32,000 bases of DNA, taken from positions 450,001 through 482,000 of the forward strand of contig NZ_RSDW01000001.1 in assembly GCF_003945235.1 (NCBI RefSeq). Direction: 5' to 3'. This DNA is from Edaphobacter aggregans. Its GTDB lineage: Bacteria > Acidobacteriota > Terriglobia > Terriglobales > Acidobacteriaceae. The notes under the pieces were generated by a model. The model was not told where the DNA came from. It saw only the letters and a program-made list of their open reading frames with translations, and searched no databases. This document shows positions 27,985 through 32,000 of the stretch, one piece after another (positions within the stretch are counted from its first letter, which is position 1; each line of letters opens with the position of its first letter). A program made the translations under genes and the position numbers.

Positions 27985-28447
27985 GCGATGGATGCAGGCG
28001 GGGATGGTTGCGCTTCTTGGTGTGGTGATGCTGGGAGCGGGTGATTCTTCGTCACGGTTCAATCGGGTGGGGCATGAGATGATCTGCGTCTGCTCTTGCA
28101 ACCAGATACTGCTTGAGTGCAACCACGTTGGCTGCCCAGATTCTGACCGGATGATCGGCGAATTGCGGGAGCAGATGGCGGGTGGAGGGTCGGACACTGC
28201 CATCATGAACTGGTTTGCGGCGAAGTATGGACCTACGGTGCTGGCAGCTCCCATTCGCGGAGGGTTTGATAACGTTGCGTGGATTGCTCCGCTGGCGGTG
28301 TTTTTGCTAGCTACGGTTGGGACGGGATTTTTGATTCGAGTGTGGAAGCTGCGGTCTGGGGCTCGTGTGCCGGTCGGGATTCCAATAGCACATGATGCGA
28401 GCGGCAATGAACTGCGGGAGCGGATTCGGCGGGAGACGGAATACTAA
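27977..28447 (+). CDS. ccmH: CcmH/CycL/NrfF-family protein with a non-canonical Cys cluster
   Basis: ATG 27977 overlaps the ccmF stop (ATGCTTAA). Signal/anchor MLKRWMQAGMVALLGVVML. CcmH-like core ...CVCSCNQILLECN...IMNWFAAKYG... plus a C-terminal TM. The canonical LRCxxCQNQ is replaced by ICVCSCNQ. Confidence 0.8.
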   Translation: MLKRWMQAGMVALLGVVMLGAGDSSSRFNRVGHEMICVCSCNQILLECNHVGCPDSDRMIGELREQMAGGGSDTAIMNWFAAKYGPTVLAAPIRGGFDNVAWIAPLAVFLLATVGTGFLIRVWKLRSGARVPVGIPIAHDASGNELRERIRRETEY

Positions 28448-28737
28448 TGGGCATGATTGCGGGTGTTGTGTTGACGTTGGCGCTGTTCGCGTTTATCTTC
28501 TGGCCGGAGCGGAATCCGTTCCAGCAGGCAGATAAGACGCGGGTGGATTATCTGCGCGAGCGGAAGGATACGATCTACGAGAATCTGCGCGATCTGAACT
28601 TCGAGTATCTAGCCGGGAAGTATCCGGAGCAGGACTATGCCGATCAGCGGGCTGGGCTGGAGGATGAGGCGGCGCGGGTGATCGCTGAGATGGAATTGCT
28701 CGAGGCTCGTGGCATGGTTAGCAGGCGTAAGGCCTAA
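28447..28737 (+). CDS. Small membrane-anchored protein with a CcmI(CycH) N-terminal-type cytoplasmic motif
   Basis: The ATG overlaps the ccmH stop (TAATG). One TM (MIAGVVLTLALFAFIFW), then LRDLNFEYLAGKYPEQDYADQRAGLEDEAARVI, which matches the L..LE.D...G.l...eY......LE pattern I associate with the CcmI cytoplasmic loop. Confidence 0.65.
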   Translation: MGMIAGVVLTLALFAFIFWPERNPFQQADKTRVDYLRERKDTIYENLRDLNFEYLAGKYPEQDYADQRAGLEDEAARVIAEMELLEARGMVSRRKA

Positions 28738-28834
28738 CACCGATTCCACCGGTTTTTCCGCGATGGGAAGCTGATTGCGGATTCGTCTTGGGCTCATGTC
28801 GTTAGGAATGCCTTGTTTGACGTAGACTTTAAGG

Positions 28835-30118
28835 GTGACTTCTCTTCTCTTTTCTCTTCGACGCGCTGTTGTGGTTGCCGTGGTGGCTGTGGCTTTTTCC
28901 GGGTTTGCTCTGGCTGATTCGATCACTGGAACTGTAACGAATAAGACGACTAATAAGCCTGCTGTGGGTGATGATGTTGTGCTGATTCGCCTGGCACAGG
29001 GCATGCAGGAGGCGAGCCGCACGAAGACCGATGCGAAGGGGCGCTTTACGCTGCAGGTTCCGGACGGCGATAGCGGAATGCACCTTGTGCGGGTGACGCA
29101 TGATAAGGCGAATTACTTCCGGCCGGCGCCTCCGGGAACACAGTCGGTTGAGGTGGAGGTGTTCACCGCGGCTCCGAAGGTGGAGGGGATCAGCGCAGAA
29201 GCGAATGTGATGCGCCTGCAGACCGATGAGAGCGGCAAGTCGCTGCATGTGGTTGAGAACTTCTTTGTGAAGAATGAGTCGAATCCGCCCAAGACGCAGT
29301 TTAGCGATAGACCGTTTGAATTTTTCCTGCCGGAGGGTGCGGTGGTGGAGGGATCTGCTGCGCTGGGCCCGGGCGGCATGCCGGTGCAGGCTTCGCCGGT
29401 GCCGCTGGGTGATCCGAATCATTTTGCGTTCATCTTTCCGATACGGCCGGGAGAGACGCGGTTTCAGATTACGTACCATTTGCCTTTTAGCGGGAGCTTC
29501 AAGTTTTCGCCGCGCATGTTGATGCCGACCGATACGGTCGCGGTAATGATGCCGAAGAGCATGAAGTTCGAAGGTGGGCCAGCGACGCCGTTTACGCCAG
29601 TGACGGAAGAGACTACGGCGCAGACGTTTGTGGCGCGGAATGTGGTTCCGTCAGAGGCATTGAATTTTACGGTGTCGGGAACGGGTCAACTACCGCGGGA
29701 TTCTGAGGCTGCGGCTACGGCTGGCTCAGGTGGGCAGCAGCAGGCAGATGCTTCGGCACCGGCCGGCGGAAGTGCGGCGACGGATACTCGACCGGGAGGC
29801 GGATTGGGGAATCCGATTGATCCTGAGGGGACGAATGATCCGTGGGCGAAGTATAAGTGGTGGATCCTTGGCGGACTTGGCTTGTTGCTGGCTGGAGGCG
29901 CGGGGATTCTGATGAAGGGGAATACCGTGCAGCCTGTTGCGGCGGGACCGGTTCCGGCTGGGCCGAATGCGCTGCTGGCTGCGATGAAGGAAGAGCTATT
30001 TGTGCTGGAGACGGACAAACTGCAAGGGCGGTTGAGCGAGACGGAGTATGAGGCGCAGAAGAGCGCGCTGGAGACAGTGCTGCGACGGGCGCTTGTGCGC
30101 GGTGAAACGGAGCGCTGA
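28835..30118 (+). CDS. Uncharacterised exported protein: carboxypeptidase-regulatory-like beta-sandwich N-domain, second beta-rich domain, low-complexity linker, TM helix, CcmI-type C-terminal motif
   Basis: GTG start. Signal peptide MTSLLFSLRRAVVVAVVAVAFSGFALA. ITGTVTNKTTNKPAVGDDVVLIR...DAKGRFTLQVP is CarboxypepD_reg-like. TM WWILGGLGLLLAGGAGILM. Tail LFVLETDKLQGRLSETEYEAQKSALETVLRRAL. Confidence 0.7.
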   Translation: MTSLLFSLRRAVVVAVVAVAFSGFALADSITGTVTNKTTNKPAVGDDVVLIRLAQGMQEASRTKTDAKGRFTLQVPDGDSGMHLVRVTHDKANYFRPAPPGTQSVEVEVFTAAPKVEGISAEANVMRLQTDESGKSLHVVENFFVKNESNPPKTQFSDRPFEFFLPEGAVVEGSAALGPGGMPVQASPVPLGDPNHFAFIFPIRPGETRFQITYHLPFSGSFKFSPRMLMPTDTVAVMMPKSMKFEGGPATPFTPVTEETTAQTFVARNVVPSEALNFTVSGTGQLPRDSEAAATAGSGGQQQADASAPAGGSAATDTRPGGGLGNPIDPEGTNDPWAKYKWWILGGLGLLLAGGAGILMKGNTVQPVAAGPVPAGPNALLAAMKEELFVLETDKLQGRLSETEYEAQKSALETVLRRALVRGETER

Positions 30119-30159
30119 CGCGTCCAAGGTAACGGGACCGGCTGGATGAGGGTTGAGCG

Positions 30160-31011
30160 ATGAATACGTTCAAATCGACGCTGCTGCTGGTAGTGATGAC
30201 GCTGTTCCTGCTCTTCATTGGAGACATGTTCGGCGGACGCAATGGGATGGTGCTGGCGTTTGTGCTGTCCGTGGTGTTCAACTTCGGGACTTACTTCTTC
30301 TCCGACAAGCTGGCGTTGAAGATGTACAACGCGCAGCCGGTGACTCGGGAGCAGTTGCCGAAGGCGTATGAGGTGGTGGAGCGGCTGACGGCAAAGCAGG
30401 GGTTGCCGATGCCGAAGATGTATGTAATTCCGATGGATTCTCCTAATGCATTTGCCACGGGGCGAAATCCGACGCATGCTTCCGTGGCGGTGACGCGCGG
30501 AATTTTAGAGCTGCTCGACGATGAAGAGTTGGAGGGTGTGCTGGCGCATGAGTTGGGGCACGTGCGGAATCGGGATATTCTGACAAGCTCGATTGCGGCG
30601 ACGCTGGCGGGAGCGATCACAATGGTTGCCCGGATGGGCATGTGGGCTTCGATGTTTGGCGGAGGTGGAGGCGGACGTGACCGGCGCGGTGGCGGTGGGC
30701 TGACTGCGCTGCTGATGCTGATTGTGGCTCCGATTGCGGCCACGCTGATTCAGCTGGCGATCTCGCGGTCACGGGAGTATGAGGCAGATGCAACAGGGGC
30801 GAGGGAGACGGGAAATCCCTATGCTCTGGCGCGGGCGCTGCAGAAGCTGGACGCTTATTCGAAGCGGATTCCGATGCAGGCTTCGCCTTCGACGGCACAC
30901 TTATTTATCGTGGCTCCGTTTCTGGGAAGTGGAGGATTTGCGAATATGTTTTCGACGCATCCTCCGATGAAAGAGAGAATTCGACGGCTGATTGGAAGGG
31001 ACCTGGTCTAG
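30160..31011 (+). CDS. htpX: Zinc metalloprotease HtpX (peptidase M48)
   Basis: HELGHVRNRD (HExxH), N-terminal TM pair, a Gly-rich loop and the downstream EYEAD motif. GAGGG lies 7 nt upstream. Confidence 0.92.
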   Translation: MNTFKSTLLLVVMTLFLLFIGDMFGGRNGMVLAFVLSVVFNFGTYFFSDKLALKMYNAQPVTREQLPKAYEVVERLTAKQGLPMPKMYVIPMDSPNAFATGRNPTHASVAVTRGILELLDDEELEGVLAHELGHVRNRDILTSSIAATLAGAITMVARMGMWASMFGGGGGGRDRRGGGGLTALLMLIVAPIAATLIQLAISRSREYEADATGARETGNPYALARALQKLDAYSKRIPMQASPSTAHLFIVAPFLGSGGFANMFSTHPPMKERIRRLIGRDLV

Positions 31012-31012
31012 C

Positions 31013-31498
31013 ATGCAGACGGTTTTGAGGGCCTTGCGGTTGTTTGCGATGGTTGCCTGGGTTGGTGGGCTTATCTTTTTTGCCTTCGTGGTTGCGCCGG
31101 TGGCGTTTCATAGTCTGCCGAGCACCCATGAAGCGGGCATTGTTGTAGGCGGGACGCTGCGGGTGTTGCACTGGATTGGCCTGATCGGCGGCGCGGTCTT
31201 CTATGTGGCGACAGCGATCCTTTGGCTGCGGGCGGAGGTTTCGGCGCGGGTTGCATTTGCGATTCAGTTGACACTCACGGGGATCATGCTGGCGGCGACG
31301 GCTTACTCGCAGTTCAGGATTTTGCCGGCGATGGATCGCGACCGCGATCTGGCTGGCGGTGTGGTGGAGACGGCGCCTGCGGACAATGCGGGACGGGTGG
31401 ACTTTGAGCGGCTGCACGTTCTATCGGAGCGGTTGGAGGGAGCGGTGCTGCTGTGCGGGATTGGTGTGGTGTTCCTGCTGTCGCGCGAGTCGCAGTGA
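31013..31498 (+). CDS. Four-TM membrane protein, DUF4149/TMEM205-like (tentative)
   Basis: ATG lies 1 nt after the htpX stop. Starts LRLFAMVAWVGGLIFFAFVVAPVAF, followed by further hydrophobic helices. The family assignment is from memory. Confidence 0.7.
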   Translation: MQTVLRALRLFAMVAWVGGLIFFAFVVAPVAFHSLPSTHEAGIVVGGTLRVLHWIGLIGGAVFYVATAILWLRAEVSARVAFAIQLTLTGIMLAATAYSQFRILPAMDRDRDLAGGVVETAPADNAGRVDFERLHVLSERLEGAVLLCGIGVVFLLSRESQ

Positions 31499-31637
31499 CC
31501 GGAGACGGGTAGAATCAAGAGGATATGAAGATCGATGTTTTTGGCCTGCCACGATGCAGTGGGGCTTCGGCGTTGCCGTGGCTGGTGAATCCGATGAAGG
31601 GTGGCGATGTGTTGACGACTCGCCATAACGGCTGACT

Positions 31638-32000
31638 GTGTCGGCACTTTGGTTGAGCCTTACGCTGGGACTGGTGGCTGGTCTCGCTGATGTGTTGGGT
31701 GGAGTGCTGCTGGTGCGGCGATCGCCTTCGGCTCGGGCACTGCGATACTTTGTGGCGCTGGGTTCAGGCTTTATGATGGCGGCGGCGCTGCTGGAGATGG
31801 TGCCCGAGGGTTTAGCGCTGAGTCCGAAGTGGGCTCCGATGTTGATCTTGGTGGGGTACTCCGGGGTGCACCTGCTGGAGCATACTCTGGTGCCGCACTT
31901 TCATTTTGGGGAAGAAACGCATCATCATGAGTTTGTTTCAGCGCGGACGAGCTACTCGGTGTTGATGGGACTGGCGACGCATACTTTTTTCGATGGAGTG
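31638..32000 (+). CDS. ZIP-family divalent metal transporter (ZupT-like), 3'-truncated by the window edge
   Basis: GTG 31638 is the first start after the in-frame TAA at 31626. The frame is open to the window end. TM-rich N-terminus, His-rich HFHFGEETHHHE loop, then ...GLATHTFFDG, typical of ZIP proteins. Confidence 0.75.
   Translation, partial: MSALWLSLTLGLVAGLADVLGGVLLVRRSPSARALRYFVALGSGFMMAAALLEMVPEGLALSPKWAPMLILVGYSGVHLLEHTLVPHFHFGEETHHHEFVSARTSYSVLMGLATHTFFDGV

Noticed and set aside
28741-28762. Terminator-like element between the 96-aa gene and the 427-aa gene (ACCG-attccac-CGGT followed by TTTTCC).
   Set aside because: The stem is only 4 bp, which is too weak to call. I noted it only because it could separate the ccm genes from the downstream beta-sandwich gene.

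Overview
GC-rich chromosomal segment. It is probably from an Acidobacteriota (Terriglobia-like) genome; that is my inference from the protein repertoire and from interspersed hairpin repeats I associate with that phylum. It holds about 35 genes, mostly core metabolism and envelope functions. Left to right: sdhA (5'-truncated) and sdhB, an M19 dipeptidase, an ABM monooxygenase, a DUF1440-like protein and two cyclophilins. Then an icd-VOC-mdh operon, a SIMPL protein, glnA and an N-carbamoylputrescine-amidase-like nitrilase. Then a PfkB kinase, cobB, eno, a secreted glycine-zipper protein, a Ser/Thr kinase with TPR repeats and a sodium:solute symporter. Finally a receiver-only response regulator followed by ccmF-ccmH and two CcmI-motif proteins, htpX, a DUF4149-like protein and a 3'-truncated ZIP transporter. 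I found no tRNA, rRNA, CRISPR array, transposase, integrase or recognisable defence system. Four things deserve a second look. (1) Top-strand G/C composition flips sharply inside the 0.94-kb non-coding gap at 13.85-14.79 kb. The polarity is origin-like, and the gap contains repeats and an AT-rich motif cluster. (2) The sdhA-sdhB junction has been duplicated and now carries hairpin repeats plus a low-GC 81-codon ORF that runs in frame into sdhB without a stop. (3) The cytochrome c maturation cluster is unusual: it sits next to a response regulator, its CcmH has CVCSC instead of CxxC, and the CcmI-type motif occurs on two proteins, one an uncharacterised beta-sandwich protein. (4) A ~90-nt interspersed repeat family starts at the stop codon of small low-GC two-TM ORFs. 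All functional calls rest on my reading of the translated motifs; no database search was run.
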